A stretch of DNA of 64,000 nucleotides from an uncultured virus (IMG/VR IMGVR_UViG_3300034815_000029) (Duplodnaviria > Heunggongvirae > Uroviricota > Caudoviricetes): IMG/VR virus record IMGVR_UViG_3300034815_000029. One strand, written 5' to 3'. This document shows, one piece after another, positions 7,596-18,046 of the stretch; position 1 is the first letter of the stretch, and each line of letters opens with the position of its first letter. Both the position numbers and the translations under genes were made by a program. The notes below the pieces were generated by a model. It saw only the letters and a program-made list of their open reading frames with translations. It had not been told where the DNA came from and ran no database searches.

Positions 7596-10411
7596 GATTT
7601 GGGTCCTTTTAATTCCACGTCGATGACGGCATTGGCCAGCGTGCCCGCGCTGTTATATACCTTGAATTCGGCGGCTGGCTGGCCGTTGACGGTGCTGGTT
7701 TTATTGATCAGCTCCCACGTCCACCCGGAACCGACGTTCTGGATGGCGCGAATGGTGGCGGAGGTGATGGAGGAAAGCTGACCGGAACTGCTGCCGATCT
7801 TGAAATGACCGGCGGCGGTGCTGGCGAACCAGGTGGCGGTCTCGGTGGCGGTGTTCACGTCCTCGAACTCGTCGATCTGGGTTTCGGCATCCAGCAGCAG
7901 CGTGGCGGTATCGATGCGCGGCGCGGTGTCGGCCATGCTGATCTTGAACTGCACGTAGCGCTTGCCGGTGACCGCAGCCAGCGCGGCATACGCCCCAACC
8001 ACCGTGCCGTCCGCCGTGGTGCCGGACTTCATGGTCAGGGTGGCGGAGCCGTTGCCAACCACGCTGAGGACGGGCGTGAAGCTGACGTCGGAGCCGATGT
8101 CGATCACCGGCGTCTCGTAGACGATCGGGCTGCGGTTGGTGCCGACATTGTCGATGGTCGCCGCCAGCGAACTGATCGCCGCGGCCAGTCCGGCGATGGT
8201 GGTGCTGCTCTTGGCCAGCAGCGAGCCGTTGTAGAGGAAGCAGTCGGTCAGCGTTCCGGGCCAGCCCAGGTCGTGCTCCATGCGCGACAGCAGCACGTTG
8301 CGCAGGCGAGGGTTGTCGAGCGTGACGGTGATGAATTTGGCGGTGGCGGACGGGTTACCGGAGCTGTCCACGGTCTTGATCGCCAGCGTCCAGGTGCCGG
8401 CGGCGAGCTCGTTGCTTTCGTAGGGACTGGCCAGCAGCAGGCCGGTATGGAGCGCGGTCATGGCATCCCAGTCCGAGGTGCTGCCGGACTTGTAGCGGAT
8501 CTGGTAGCCGCCGCCGGCGCGCACGTCGTTCGGCACTGTGCCCAGCGTCCAGGCATAGCGCCGGGTTCCGTCCGCCATCCGTGCCGCGGTGAAGGTGTCC
8601 GGAACAGGCGGGGCTTCGGTCTTGCCGATCACCACATGGTTGAGCGCATAAGCCCAGGTGGCGCTGCGCACGCCGATGGTGTTGACCGCGCGCACGCGCA
8701 CGTCGTATGAATTCCCGTCGCTGACCGGCGAGATGTAGACCGCGACCCCGTCCTTGACCGGCGGCGCGGGCGTCCATTCGGTGGCGGACGAGAGCTTGTA
8801 TTCCACGTCGAAATCGTTGGCAAAAGCATCATCCATCGCATTCCAGGTCGCATGGATGCGCGAGATCACCGAGCCGGTTCCGGTTTCAAGCAGGTGGGCC
8901 GAACCGGACGACAGGGTCAGGCCGGACACCGCGCCGACGGTGAACGGGTTGGGCAGGTTGGTATCCGGTGCCGGGTCGACCGTGGTTTCCTCGCCGCTGT
9001 TCCAGTCGAAGCAGGTGGAGGCGGTTTCGCGCAGAGACAGGTCGCAACCCATGCGCTCGCCGTCGAACACCAGTCCGGACTGGATCACCTCGAAGATTTT
9101 CTCCGACCAGCCCAGCATGGCGAAGGTGATCTTCACCGTGTCGCCGGCCTTGAGGCGGTAGCAGGTCATCTTCCCCGGCCATTCCACGCTGATCTGCTGG
9201 CGGATGCGCTCCAGCTCGATCTTGGCGATGCGCTGGGCGGTGGCGGCGGATTTGGTGAAAGGCAGATCGAGTTCGCGCCAGGATCGCTCGGCGCCGTCTT
9301 CCGACAAATAGGTGGCATTGGTGACCGGCGGAAAGTCGGTGGCCTGCCACAGGTTCCCCTCGCTGACGTAGACGCCCTTGACCGCGTTGGCGAGGTCGGA
9401 ACCGGACAGGCGCGGAGTGATCGACGGCACGCCGCGCAGGTCGGACTCGGTCAGGGTGATGGTCGGCACCACGTAAACCGCCGGTTCGAGGCGGAACAGG
9501 CCGCCGATGTAGCGCATCTTGCCGGCATTGGCGGTGAGCATCTTGCCGAGTATGCCGTTGGGGGTGTCGTTGACCTCGAAGGTGCCGTGCAGGGTGTAGC
9601 GGTCCTCGGTGCCTCCGGCGGCCAGCGCGACATTCTCGTCGTCGATATTCGCGGCGGCGATGAGCTGGGTCTCGTCGATTTCCTGGGCATACACCGCCGC
9701 ATAGCCGGCATGGTGGTCGCAGATGAAGTCGGCCTGGCACAGCGACGGATTGGCGCTGTATACGGTGGTGGCGATGCGCGGGTCGTAGACCTTCTTGCCC
9801 TTGATGATGGCGGTGATGTTGGGGACGCCAGCCGGGAACAGGTCGACGCTGGGCGCGAGGCGCACATAAATCTTGGTGCGGCCGGTCTGGCGGTGCGCGT
9901 CGGTCCACTTTCCCTCCGATTGCGCAACAAGGAAAGGGAACGGCTGGCCGGCTTCGTTGCCGAGCGACTTGTGAATCAGCACGTAGCCGGCCCATTTCCC
10001 GGTCCCCTCGCCGTTAATGTCCAGCGGAACGACCTCGTCATTGAACTGGATCGATTCGATTTCCTCGCAGACATGCCCGGCCAGGGTGATCACCATGTGG
10101 AAATAATCGTCGGCGGATTCGTGTGCGAAAGTCATCGCCCCGCCCACCCGCATCCGGCCGTAGATGTAGCGCCAGTGCGTGATCGGCTGGCGCACCGTGA
10201 CCATGTTGTCGCGCAGCTGCTGCTCGAACTGGGGAGAAGCCGAGTCGCCGCTGTCTGAAAAGGCGGAATTCAGGGTGGAGCTGACGGCCATGGCCGTGAC
10301 GGCGCCGCCGATCGTTGCTGCGATGGCTGAACCCGTCATCAGGCCGACATAAGCGGCACCGACCGCCATGGCTTCGCTAGCTGCGATGGCAATAACCACG
10401 GATGTCGGCAT
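7592..10411 (-). CDS. Central tail tip / host-specificity J-like protein
   Basis: IYGR.RVGG, KGKKVYDPR, FN3-like YDVRVRAVN. Confidence 0.85.
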   Translation of the reverse strand: MPTSVVIAIAASEAMAVGAAYVGLMTGSAIAATIGGAVTAMAVSSTLNSAFSDSGDSASPQFEQQLRDNMVTVRQPITHWRYIYGRMRVGGAMTFAHESADDYFHMVITLAGHVCEEIESIQFNDEVVPLDINGEGTGKWAGYVLIHKSLGNEAGQPFPFLVAQSEGKWTDAHRQTGRTKIYVRLAPSVDLFPAGVPNITAIIKGKKVYDPRIATTVYSANPSLCQADFICDHHAGYAAVYAQEIDETQLIAAANIDDENVALAAGGTEDRYTLHGTFEVNDTPNGILGKMLTANAGKMRYIGGLFRLEPAVYVVPTITLTESDLRGVPSITPRLSGSDLANAVKGVYVSEGNLWQATDFPPVTNATYLSEDGAERSWRELDLPFTKSAATAQRIAKIELERIRQQISVEWPGKMTCYRLKAGDTVKITFAMLGWSEKIFEVIQSGLVFDGERMGCDLSLRETASTCFDWNSGEETTVDPAPDTNLPNPFTVGAVSGLTLSSGSAHLLETGTGSVISRIHATWNAMDDAFANDFDVEYKLSSATEWTPAPPVKDGVAVYISPVSDGNSYDVRVRAVNTIGVRSATWAYALNHVVIGKTEAPPVPDTFTAARMADGTRRYAWTLGTVPNDVRAGGGYQIRYKSGSTSDWDAMTALHTGLLLASPYESNELAAGTWTLAIKTVDSSGNPSATAKFITVTLDNPRLRNVLLSRMEHDLGWPGTLTDCFLYNGSLLAKSSTTIAGLAAAISSLAATIDNVGTNRSPIVYETPVIDIGSDVSFTPVLSVVGNGSATLTMKSGTTADGTVVGAYAALAAVTGKRYVQFKISMADTAPRIDTATLLLDAETQIDEFEDVNTATETATWFASTAAGHFKIGSSSGQLSSITSATIRAIQNVGSGWTWELINKTSTVNGQPAAEFKVYNSAGTLANAVIDVELKGPKS

Positions 10412-10818
10412 CAGCCCACCCTCCATGCGCACAGGCAGGACAGCGTCGGCAGGTAAACCAGCCCGTCATCGGCGAGCAGCGCCACCTCGGCTCCGAGGCA
10501 CACGCCCAGGTGCTTCTCCCCGTCCGGCGTCTGCAAGGCGCAGATGTCGCCGCGCCGGGCATGGCGCACGTCGATCCTGTCAGCACCGAAGAACCAGTCG
10601 CCTGCTTCCTCGAAGGTCTTGCCGTGTTTGGCGATGCTCACCTTGGACTGGCGCCTGGTCTTGTAGCCGCACAGCTCCGGCCAGCGGTCCACGCCGGTCA
10701 GTGATGCCACCACCATGCAGGCGACGCGGAAGCAGTCGTGCGAGCCGAGCACGTAGGGCTGATGGCGGGCGAACTCGATGATCTCGACCAGGCGCGATTC
10801 CCATCCCTCGATCCTCAT
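10411..10818 (-). CDS. NlpC/P60-like tail protein
   Basis: GSHDCF...RRGDI...HLGVC. Confidence 0.75.
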   Translation of the reverse strand: MRIEGWESRLVEIIEFARHQPYVLGSHDCFRVACMVVASLTGVDRWPELCGYKTRRQSKVSIAKHGKTFEEAGDWFFGADRIDVRHARRGDICALQTPDGEKHLGVCLGAEVALLADDGLVYLPTLSCLCAWRVG

Positions 10819-11375
10819 CGCCGCCCCCAGGTGAAGACGGCGTCCTGCAGGGATGGCACGTAGTCGAATCCGAGGTCGCCCGGGTGGTCGATCTGCTGGT
10901 CTTCCGAGGTATACCTGCGCTCGCGCCGGCGCGCGCCGTCGATCAGGCGCGACTCGTAGGCCACCGACACCGTGGCGTGGCTCGGGTCGGGGATGATGCT
11001 GGGCTTGTCGGCGCGGCCCTTGAAGCACAGGAACGGGTCGGCTAGCAGCGCGCCGGAACTATCCAGCAGTCCGAGCCAGACGCTTCCCGGCTTGCCGCGC
11101 CGCACCTGCGACAGCGCGGCGGAGATCACCGCCGGCATTTCGCCGTTCAGCGATACGGTGAAGTTGATCGCCTGCAGCTCGCTCACTTCCTGGATGTCGG
11201 TGATCTGCATCATGCCGGCGTCGCCGGTCCAGGTGTAGCCGTTCCAGCTCATGGTTCCGTAGCCGGAGAACAGGCGCAGCCAGCCGCCGGTGAACTCGCC
11301 CTCGTAAAAAAATACCGGCCTGAGATCGCCGGTGACGATGGCGGCGAGCATGGCCGCTGAAAGCGCGCGTGCCAT
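10815..11375 (-). CDS. Minor tail/hub protein
   Basis: RRYTSEDQQ..HPGDLGFDYV motif, tail gene order. Confidence 0.75.
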   Translation of the reverse strand: MARALSAAMLAAIVTGDLRPVFFYEGEFTGGWLRLFSGYGTMSWNGYTWTGDAGMMQITDIQEVSELQAINFTVSLNGEMPAVISAALSQVRRGKPGSVWLGLLDSSGALLADPFLCFKGRADKPSIIPDPSHATVSVAYESRLIDGARRRERRYTSEDQQIDHPGDLGFDYVPSLQDAVFTWGRR

Positions 11376-11998
11376 TACAGGGCCTCCACGGCGGAAAAGC
11401 TGATGCCGAAGATCTGCGCGGTCTGGATATCGTAGCTGCGCTCGTTGCCGGTCAGTCGCCACACGCTTTTGGTCGAGGCCACCACGATCGCCGCGTTGTC
11501 CGCCGGCGCGGTGCGCGGCCCCGGCCACAGTTCCAGCGTGGCGTTGCCGCTGCCGTCGCTGTTGGCGTCCTGGAGCACCTTGTGCAGGCGCGAGGTCGAG
11601 CCGCTGCCGAGCTGTATCCAGTCGCCCGCCTTGAGGATGCCGGTGGTGCTGATGGTCCATCCGTCGGTGAGCAGGGTGCCGCCGGTCTGGCCGGCGCCCT
11701 TCACCAGCGGCGTGCCGGTGGCGATGCCGCGCGCCGTCTGCCCGACCGGGTCGCCCAGCAGGAAAGTTCCGCGCCTCCCGCGCAAGGCGGCCAGGAATGC
11801 CACCCACTGCTCGGCATCGGCGCGGCGCATCGGGATCAGGTCGACCTCGATAGCGAAACGCTTGCCGGCATGCTCGTAGGTTTCCTGCGACAGGGTGTAG
11901 GGCGACTCGTTGCCGCCGACTACGTCGAGCAGGGTGAAGCGCACGCTGCGGATATGGTTAAGGTTCGGGACCGCCAGCGGGAAGGTCATCGCCATCAT
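11375..11998 (-). CDS. Distal tail protein
   Basis: AFLAALRGRRGTF; follows the tape measure gene. Confidence 0.75.
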   Translation of the reverse strand: MMAMTFPLAVPNLNHIRSVRFTLLDVVGGNESPYTLSQETYEHAGKRFAIEVDLIPMRRADAEQWVAFLAALRGRRGTFLLGDPVGQTARGIATGTPLVKGAGQTGGTLLTDGWTISTTGILKAGDWIQLGSGSTSRLHKVLQDANSDGSGNATLELWPGPRTAPADNAAIVVASTKSVWRLTGNERSYDIQTAQIFGISFSAVEAL

Positions 11999-13827
11999 GA
12001 CACCCCGCGCACGCGAGCCTGCGACATGGCGGTCAGGGCGCGCCGCTCGATGCTGCCGTTGACCTGCGCCACCATCTGCTCCAGGCGCTGCACGGCTTCG
12101 ATCGAAGCGCCGCGCATGTCGACGGTGAAGTGGTTGGTGGTTCCGCCGCCACCGCCGCCGGCGTTGTACTTGGCCGGCACGATGGCCTCGCCCTTGTGCA
12201 CCTTGGCGATCATGTCGCGCGGCACGTAGTTGGTGCCGACATCGAAGCTCGGCAGGATGTTTTTGAACCAGTCTCCGATGCCGGAAGAGGACACCGCGCT
12301 GCTCACAGAATTGCCCAGCGGCTCGGTGATCGACTTGCGCACGACGATGCGGGCGATGTCGGCGCTCAGGCTTTTCAGCATATCGCCGAACTCGGCGCCC
12401 TTGACGATGGAATCCTCGAAGGCGCTGGAGAAGGTCAGACCCATTTCCTTGCCGAAGTCGGCGGCTTCCTTGGTGGCAACACTGACGTTGTTCAGCGCAT
12501 CGATCTGCTCGTTGATGGCGAAGCGCGCCTCCATCGCCTGGTCCGCGTTGAAAATTCCGGCCTCTTGCAGCCGGTCGATATCATCCAGTTTTTTGCGGTA
12601 TTGCTCGACCGGGTCGATCAGGGCGATGAATTCGCTTTTCAGCGTGGCCAGCTCGTCCCGGTTTTTGCGGATGGCGTCATCGGCGCCTTCGATATTGCCC
12701 CAGTCGATGTCGAACTCGACCTTGGCGTTGCGCTCGTCCTGTTTGCGGTTTTCGTCAAAGATTTTTTTGGCTTTGTCGGCAGCAGCTTTGGCGGATTTGT
12801 CGTCATCCAAAAACACGCCATCTTTCTTAACCGGTTTCACTGGCTCTGAAACCGGTTCTAAAAATGACTGACGAAGGGAATTAATCCCTCTCATTCGCTT
12901 TTCTACATCATCCACATAACGCTGCTGCCTTGTGATATCTGCATCAGTGATTAAAAAACCAGAAACCCCACCGGCATCTTGTGTCGATTTCATTTCCCCC
13001 AGTTTTCTCTTCGCGTCCAATAGTTCTTTGAACAGATCCCTGGATTTGTTTTCCATTCTTTCCAATGGATTGATGGCCCCACCAAATCCGGCGACGACGC
13101 TGGCTCCAAGTCCAATCCACAGGGCCTTTAGGAGACCGCCTTCTTTGGCGGCTTTATTCATCGCTTTGGCGATGTCATCCAATACCGGTAGCATGTTAAC
13201 TGTCATGGACATGCCGGCCTGAGACGCGCTCTGTTTCAGAAGCGCCAATTTGTCATTGAATGCGTCCGCCATCGGGGCCGCTTTTTCCATTTGCTCGGCG
13301 AAAGCCCTGCTATCAGATGCGGCTTTTTTTAGAGCGTCGCCGCCCTCCAGCAGTAATGGCATCAAATCCTGATAGCTTTTCCCCAATATTTTGTTGGCAG
13401 TATTCGCCCGTTGCTGAGGCGATTCAATTTTTGATAGAGCATCTGATAGCTGGATGAAAGCCTGCACCGGGTCTTTTGCCGTTATGCCAAGTCGCTTTGC
13501 CTGATCCGCATTTTCAGCCATGAAGATAGACATTTTGTTAATGCCTTTGCCGACCGCTTCAAGGCTGGTTCCTGACTGCTCCGAAATTAGCTTCAAGCTT
13601 GCCAGTGCTGAAACTGTGGTTCCGGTTGATTTCGCCAGGTCGTTCAGATTATCGGCTGCGTCTATCGACGACTTTATAAAGCCGACGAAGGCGGCTCCAG
13701 ACAGCGTCACGCCCAACCCGGCGGCGGCGCCTTTCAGAGATGCGATGGAAGCCTGCGCCGACTTGAACGCGTTAACGGTCAGATCGGAGGCGCTGAGGAT
13801 GATTTTGGTTTCGTTCATGGAGGCCAT
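11995..13827 (-). CDS. Tail tape measure protein
   Basis: Ala-rich helical protein with C-terminal FDVGT.YVPRDM.A.VHKGEAIVP. Confidence 0.88.
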   Translation of the reverse strand: MASMNETKIILSASDLTVNAFKSAQASIASLKGAAAGLGVTLSGAAFVGFIKSSIDAADNLNDLAKSTGTTVSALASLKLISEQSGTSLEAVGKGINKMSIFMAENADQAKRLGITAKDPVQAFIQLSDALSKIESPQQRANTANKILGKSYQDLMPLLLEGGDALKKAASDSRAFAEQMEKAAPMADAFNDKLALLKQSASQAGMSMTVNMLPVLDDIAKAMNKAAKEGGLLKALWIGLGASVVAGFGGAINPLERMENKSRDLFKELLDAKRKLGEMKSTQDAGGVSGFLITDADITRQQRYVDDVEKRMRGINSLRQSFLEPVSEPVKPVKKDGVFLDDDKSAKAAADKAKKIFDENRKQDERNAKVEFDIDWGNIEGADDAIRKNRDELATLKSEFIALIDPVEQYRKKLDDIDRLQEAGIFNADQAMEARFAINEQIDALNNVSVATKEAADFGKEMGLTFSSAFEDSIVKGAEFGDMLKSLSADIARIVVRKSITEPLGNSVSSAVSSSGIGDWFKNILPSFDVGTNYVPRDMIAKVHKGEAIVPAKYNAGGGGGGTTNHFTVDMRGASIEAVQRLEQMVAQVNGSIERRALTAMSQARVRGVS

Positions 13828-14054
13828 CAGTCGCGGCCCTTGCTCTGGCGGTCGCGGATGGCGGCGAGCTGGGTTATCAGGATTTCCACGTCTTTCACCC
13901 CATGCATTTCACAGATGACCGGCAATGCTTCCCAGTCGATTTCGCCGCCCATCAGGTTCCAGATGCGGATGGCGGCGCCGGTCTCGTGGTCTTGTCCGCC
14001 TGGCCGGATGCTTTCCGGCAACTGCTGCGCTTCCAGCCAGGCGATCAGTTTTTT
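13827..14054 (-). CDS. Tail assembly chaperone T part (-1 frameshift extension of G)
   Basis: Slippery A AAA AAC at 14048-14054 leads into LIAWLEAQQLPESIR... Confidence 0.75.
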   Translation of the reverse strand, partial: KKLIAWLEAQQLPESIRPGGQDHETGAAIRIWNLMGGEIDWEALPVICEMHGVKDVEILITQLAAIRDRQSKGRD

Positions 14055-14392
14055 ACGGCGGCCTCGCGGCGGGCGACATAGGCTGTATAGCCTTCCTTGA
14101 TGGCCTTGGACAGATCACCCCAGTCGTCGGGGCGGTCCAGCATCCATTCCACCAGCAGGTCGGCGTCGAAATCTGCCGGAACCGGGTTTCCGCCGGGCAC
14201 CAGGTCGATTTCCTTCAGGTCCCAGCCGACCACGAAGCGGCGCAGCAGCTCCTTGACCGGCAGCTTCCCGCCCATCCCGGCGATCTCCGCCATGTCCATG
14301 TCGGTCGGGCGGCGCACGGTGTAGGCATGGCCGCCGACGCTGACTTGCGTCTCGCGCGCCTTGCGCATTTTTTCGATCAGGGACTGGCTCAT
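14045..14392 (-). CDS. Tail assembly chaperone G
   Basis: Between tail tube and tape measure; ends GTA AAA AAC TGA. Confidence 0.8.
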   Translation of the reverse strand: MSQSLIEKMRKARETQVSVGGHAYTVRRPTDMDMAEIAGMGGKLPVKELLRRFVVGWDLKEIDLVPGGNPVPADFDADLLVEWMLDRPDDWGDLSKAIKEGYTAYVARREAAVKN

Positions 14393-14397
14393 TCCGG

Positions 14398-15057
14398 TCA
14401 GCTCGCGTAGTAGGTCGGCGAACCGAAGGCGGTGATGACGGCCGGCGACACCACCTTGTCCTGTCCAGAACCAGTCGGCGCGCCGGCGAATCCGACATAG
14501 CCGTTGCACACCATGATCGGGCCGCCGGTGCCGAAGGTGATCTTGAACGCGCGGGTCGCCTGCGCGTCCGAGGCCGCTTTCATGGCGATCTGCCCGGCAT
14601 CGGATGGGTCCCACAGGTTGTCGAAGCTGTACTTGAGGGGATTGGCTACGCCGGGGATCTCGCTCTTGACGTTGGCGTGGATGGTGGTCGTATCGATGAA
14701 ATCGAAATCGCCACCGGAAGCCGACATCGAAGTCGCGGTGGTGATCGAGGTGCCGAAAGTGATCTTGTTGCAGGTTCCGGAGGTGAAGGCGTCGAAGCCG
14801 GTCGTGTCCAGGCTGGCACCGCCGGTACCTTCGATCACGAAGCTGACGGTGGTGGAAACCGACAGAACGCGGTACACCTCGCCGTTGATCTGGTGCATGC
14901 CGAGCACGTTGAAGACGACATAATCGCCCGCGCTGAAATCGTGCGTGGCGGTGACGGTCGCCGTTGCGCCGACGGCGATGGCGGTGATGGTTTTGTTCGC
15001 GCCCAGGGCGGACTGCATTGCCACCGCCACGTTGGACCACTTGCGGGCTGTTGCCAT
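14398..15057 (-). CDS. Major tail tube protein
   Basis: AAGGAG RBS; GGDFDFIDTT motif. Confidence 0.85.
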   Translation of the reverse strand: MATARKWSNVAVAMQSALGANKTITAIAVGATATVTATHDFSAGDYVVFNVLGMHQINGEVYRVLSVSTTVSFVIEGTGGASLDTTGFDAFTSGTCNKITFGTSITTATSMSASGGDFDFIDTTTIHANVKSEIPGVANPLKYSFDNLWDPSDAGQIAMKAASDAQATRAFKITFGTGGPIMVCNGYVGFAGAPTGSGQDKVVSPAVITAFGSPTYYAS

Positions 15058-15074
15058 GATGTATCTCCTTTAGA

Positions 15075-15521
15075 TTAGCGCGCCACGGTAGGCGCGTTGG
15101 ATGCGGTAACGTAGGTAACGCGGTAACTCAGGGTGGCCATGCCGACCGGGCTTTCCAGCCCGTCCTCCATGTCGATGCGCAGGCCGCTCAGTTCGATGGA
15201 CTTGATCAGGGTAGTCATGACGCTGGCGGCGCCCAGCACGGTCTCGACTTCCTTGGCCATGGTGTCGAGCGTGTCGTCCAGGTTGGCGGCGGCCTTGGCC
15301 ACGCAGCGCACCGAGAGTTCCAGCGTGCGCTCGATGTCCGGCGTGCTGTGCATGGTCAGCTGCTGGATTTCTTCGCTGTCGGTGTTCACCAGCAGGCCGG
15401 GCAGGTTGCTGTCGCGCAGCGCGTGCAGGCGCGACTGGTAGACGCGCGCGCCGCTGGTGGCCAGGCCGGTGAGCAGCGTGGCGGCGGCTTCGCGGATCTG
15501 CTGGCGGACGTGGTTGGCCAT
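15075..15521 (-). CDS. Tail terminator/completion protein
   Basis: HVRQQIREA...DTLDTMAKEVE. Confidence 0.75.
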   Translation of the reverse strand: MANHVRQQIREAAATLLTGLATSGARVYQSRLHALRDSNLPGLLVNTDSEEIQQLTMHSTPDIERTLELSVRCVAKAAANLDDTLDTMAKEVETVLGAASVMTTLIKSIELSGLRIDMEDGLESPVGMATLSYRVTYVTASNAPTVAR

Positions 15522-15814
15522 CAGGCTTTTTCCAGGAGCAGGCGGGTGAAGCCGTTGCCGTCCGGCTTGATCGCGGCGACGGTGTAGTTCACGGCGTTGA
15601 TGGTGATGGCGCTGCCTTCCACCAGGCTGGCCACGTCCGCGCTGGCGCAGGTGAATTCCGGCGCGCTGCCGGACACCATCCCGCCCGGGAATTCCGCATA
15701 GGCGTCGCCCAGCAGGCCGACGGCGCTGCCGCCGCTGAAAGTGGCGGTGTAATTGCCCAGCAGCGCCAGCGTGGCGGCGTTAAGCGTGGGCAGGATGTTG
15801 GCGAAAGCGGTCAT
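15521..15814 (-). CDS. Head-tail joining protein (FII-like)
   Basis: YTVAAIKPDGNGFTRLLL. Confidence 0.75.
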   Translation of the reverse strand: MTAFANILPTLNAATLALLGNYTATFSGGSAVGLLGDAYAEFPGGMVSGSAPEFTCASADVASLVEGSAITINAVNYTVAAIKPDGNGFTRLLLEKA

Positions 15815-15821
15815 GCAGACA

Positions 15822-15869
15822 GCATGGCTGCTGCGCGTCAACTACTTGGGCCGGATGGGTTGCGTTTTT
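15822..15869 (-). promoter_or_regulatory. Putative activator-dependent late promoter, copy 1
   Basis: 36-bp repeat (15834-15869 = 22697-22732) followed by CATGCT-N6-ATG. Confidence 0.65.
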
Positions 15870-15875
15870 GCGATG

Positions 15876-15896
15876 AAAAAACCCGCGCAAGGCGGG
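15876..15896 (-). terminator. Intrinsic terminator
   Basis: CCCGC-cttgc-GCGGG followed by T6 on the minus strand. Confidence 0.7.
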
Positions 15897-15933
15897 CCAT
15901 GGGAATCCGCCATTCGGCGGTCTGGCGGTTTAT

Positions 15934-17514
15934 CTAGGTTCTCGCAGTTCTAGCAATCTGGATTGAATCTCCACTACTAGGCTCATATGCACCAATACTA
16001 GGCGGAACCTGTCTGCGCCGACCTCTGTAGTCCTTTAGGCCAAATCTCGCTTTGCCAGTTCTCCACATTGGCGAGCCAGTAGCCAACTTATAATCCCCGC
16101 CAACAAAATCACTAAACAAAGGATTTACATTAAGGGCAGACGATTCTCGTGCCGCTATCCAAGCAGCTATACTTGCGTAATTTGTTCCAGCATAATGGAA
16201 CGGATTGGCTGGTAACGCGGCTGTTGAATAGTAATTGTTATTGGCAAAAGTTGCACTGTCCCCTGTGGATACCTGCGCAAATTTGACCAACGTCGAATCA
16301 GTGTAAATGATGTTGTTCTCGAAGATGATTCCAGATGCCGCTGTAGCGCTGTCAGCAGTGGTATACATCCCCGTATCGGCATACCCTCCAGCCGACATTA
16401 CCACTGTATTGCCGATAAATTTATCATTCACCCCTGCTTTTGAATACATGCAGAAATCAGTGCATTTTTCAACGACATTGCCGTAGATAAAATTGCCAGA
16501 TGTACCGCCTTTTGACAATAGTCCTATAGAGCAGTAGGAGACTTTGTTTCCCCACATGATGCCGTTATTTACAGACCCAAACATAATTGCGTGATTTGCT
16601 CCTGAGATAGTGTTCTGGTAAATATCAGCTCGAGTTATATTCGGTGTAACAAAGCTGTTGTCGTCTCCAATTCTAATTCCGATGCCAGCGGCAATTGTTC
16701 CAGCCGAAGCCAATGATCCGGTAATGCCGTATGTCTTTGCCACTGCAACCGTAATTGTTGTCGATACCGGCATGGCTGAAGCACATACAGTTGTAAACCC
16801 GCTAATATCGAATGTATGACCTCTCGAAATTTGCGATACAGAGCAGGCTTTTATATTGACACCAGTAAAGTTACTCGATCCGCCGGCGCCTGTTCCCGTG
16901 AAGGCGACATTGTAAATGTCTGCGCTACACCCACTCGCCGTTGGGATGACATAAAAACCGTAGAACGTGCCAGACAAATTGCTTACCGCCACACTTCCCG
17001 TAAGCGAGATTGTGGAAGCGCCGTCAGGAGTCACATTAACCCCCCCAATAGCTGCACCAGTGGCAATTACATGAATTGTCCCGGTCATGTTGCGGAATTT
17101 TGACCCCTTCACACCATACTGCGTGAAGTTCTGTACCCTGACTCCACTGAAAGTAATGTCATTAATGGCTGTCGTGAACTCTGACCCGATGGCATATGTG
17201 GCAGATGAATTTGCATCAACAATAATGTCACCTAGTATCGTTCCGGTAGCAGTAGACTGGACATAAATAGCATTCGATGCGTGGGATGGGCCGCATTTCA
17301 AAGTTCCAGAGTAGGGAGTGTAAGATTGAATTGAGAGGTTGGATTTATCAAGAGAAAAATACCCAGTAGTAGCTAGTGCAATAACCCCATCTACGATTAT
17401 GGTTCCTCCATTCCCAGCCGCAGTATTTGCCGCAGAAAAAGATAGTTTTGATGCCCCGCGAGTTAGACCATTATTAACGTCTGCACCATCAGATGATAAG
17501 TATATGGTAGCCAT
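15934..17514 (-). CDS. Right-handed beta-helix (pectate-lyase-like) virion protein
   Basis: N/G/T-rich repeats; NPLF..GDYKL..GSP and PSIGAYE C-terminus; lower GC than flanks. Confidence 0.75.
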   Translation of the reverse strand: MATIYLSSDGADVNNGLTRGASKLSFSAANTAAGNGGTIIVDGVIALATTGYFSLDKSNLSIQSYTPYSGTLKCGPSHASNAIYVQSTATGTILGDIIVDANSSATYAIGSEFTTAINDITFSGVRVQNFTQYGVKGSKFRNMTGTIHVIATGAAIGGVNVTPDGASTISLTGSVAVSNLSGTFYGFYVIPTASGCSADIYNVAFTGTGAGGSSNFTGVNIKACSVSQISRGHTFDISGFTTVCASAMPVSTTITVAVAKTYGITGSLASAGTIAAGIGIRIGDDNSFVTPNITRADIYQNTISGANHAIMFGSVNNGIMWGNKVSYCSIGLLSKGGTSGNFIYGNVVEKCTDFCMYSKAGVNDKFIGNTVVMSAGGYADTGMYTTADSATAASGIIFENNIIYTDSTLVKFAQVSTGDSATFANNNYYSTAALPANPFHYAGTNYASIAAWIAARESSALNVNPLFSDFVGGDYKLATGSPMWRTGKARFGLKDYRGRRRQVPPSIGAYEPSSGDSIQIARTART

Positions 17515-17524
17515 GTCCTAACCC

Positions 17525-18022
17525 TTAAGAAAAGCGGCCAACGGCAGTGCAGGAAGTCGCCGCTGCCGTGGTGATATTCCACGCACCCACTACCGATACC
17601 AGATTAATAGGCCAGACACCTAATGCCCCGGCAGGAATTACAACAACAGCTGTCGCCCCATCGAAAATCGTAATTGTTCCTGTTGAAGCAGTGATAATTA
17701 TTGAGTGTAGGAAATCTCCTATCGCACCAACTGCGCCGAGTGCTTGGGTTGTTTGCGAAGCAGCGACAGTTTCATATTCAAACTGCTGCTCGACTGCGAT
17801 TACATCAGCGGTTACACGTTCCCCAGCAGTCAGGGTAGATTGGGTGACACACACCGCGCCGTTGATGCTTTTCAGTATCCACTCGGCGCCATTCCACTCA
17901 TATTCCGAATTCGTGTCCGTCTCGTAAAAAATGACGGCCACGCTTGCATACCCGGCGAAAGCCAAGCGGTCCGCATTCGTTCCATGCATTCTCTTGACTT
18001 CATTAACGGTCGTTATGGTCAT
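17525..18022 (-). CDS. Putative head fibre/decoration-associated protein
   Basis: FYETDT..EYEWNG.EW; head operon position. Confidence 0.55.
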   Translation of the reverse strand: MTITTVNEVKRMHGTNADRLAFAGYASVAVIFYETDTNSEYEWNGAEWILKSINGAVCVTQSTLTAGERVTADVIAVEQQFEYETVAASQTTQALGAVGAIGDFLHSIIITASTGTITIFDGATAVVVIPAGALGVWPINLVSVVGAWNITTAAATSCTAVGRFS

Positions 18023-18046
18023 GGCCTGGCCTCTTTGTGCTGGGGG

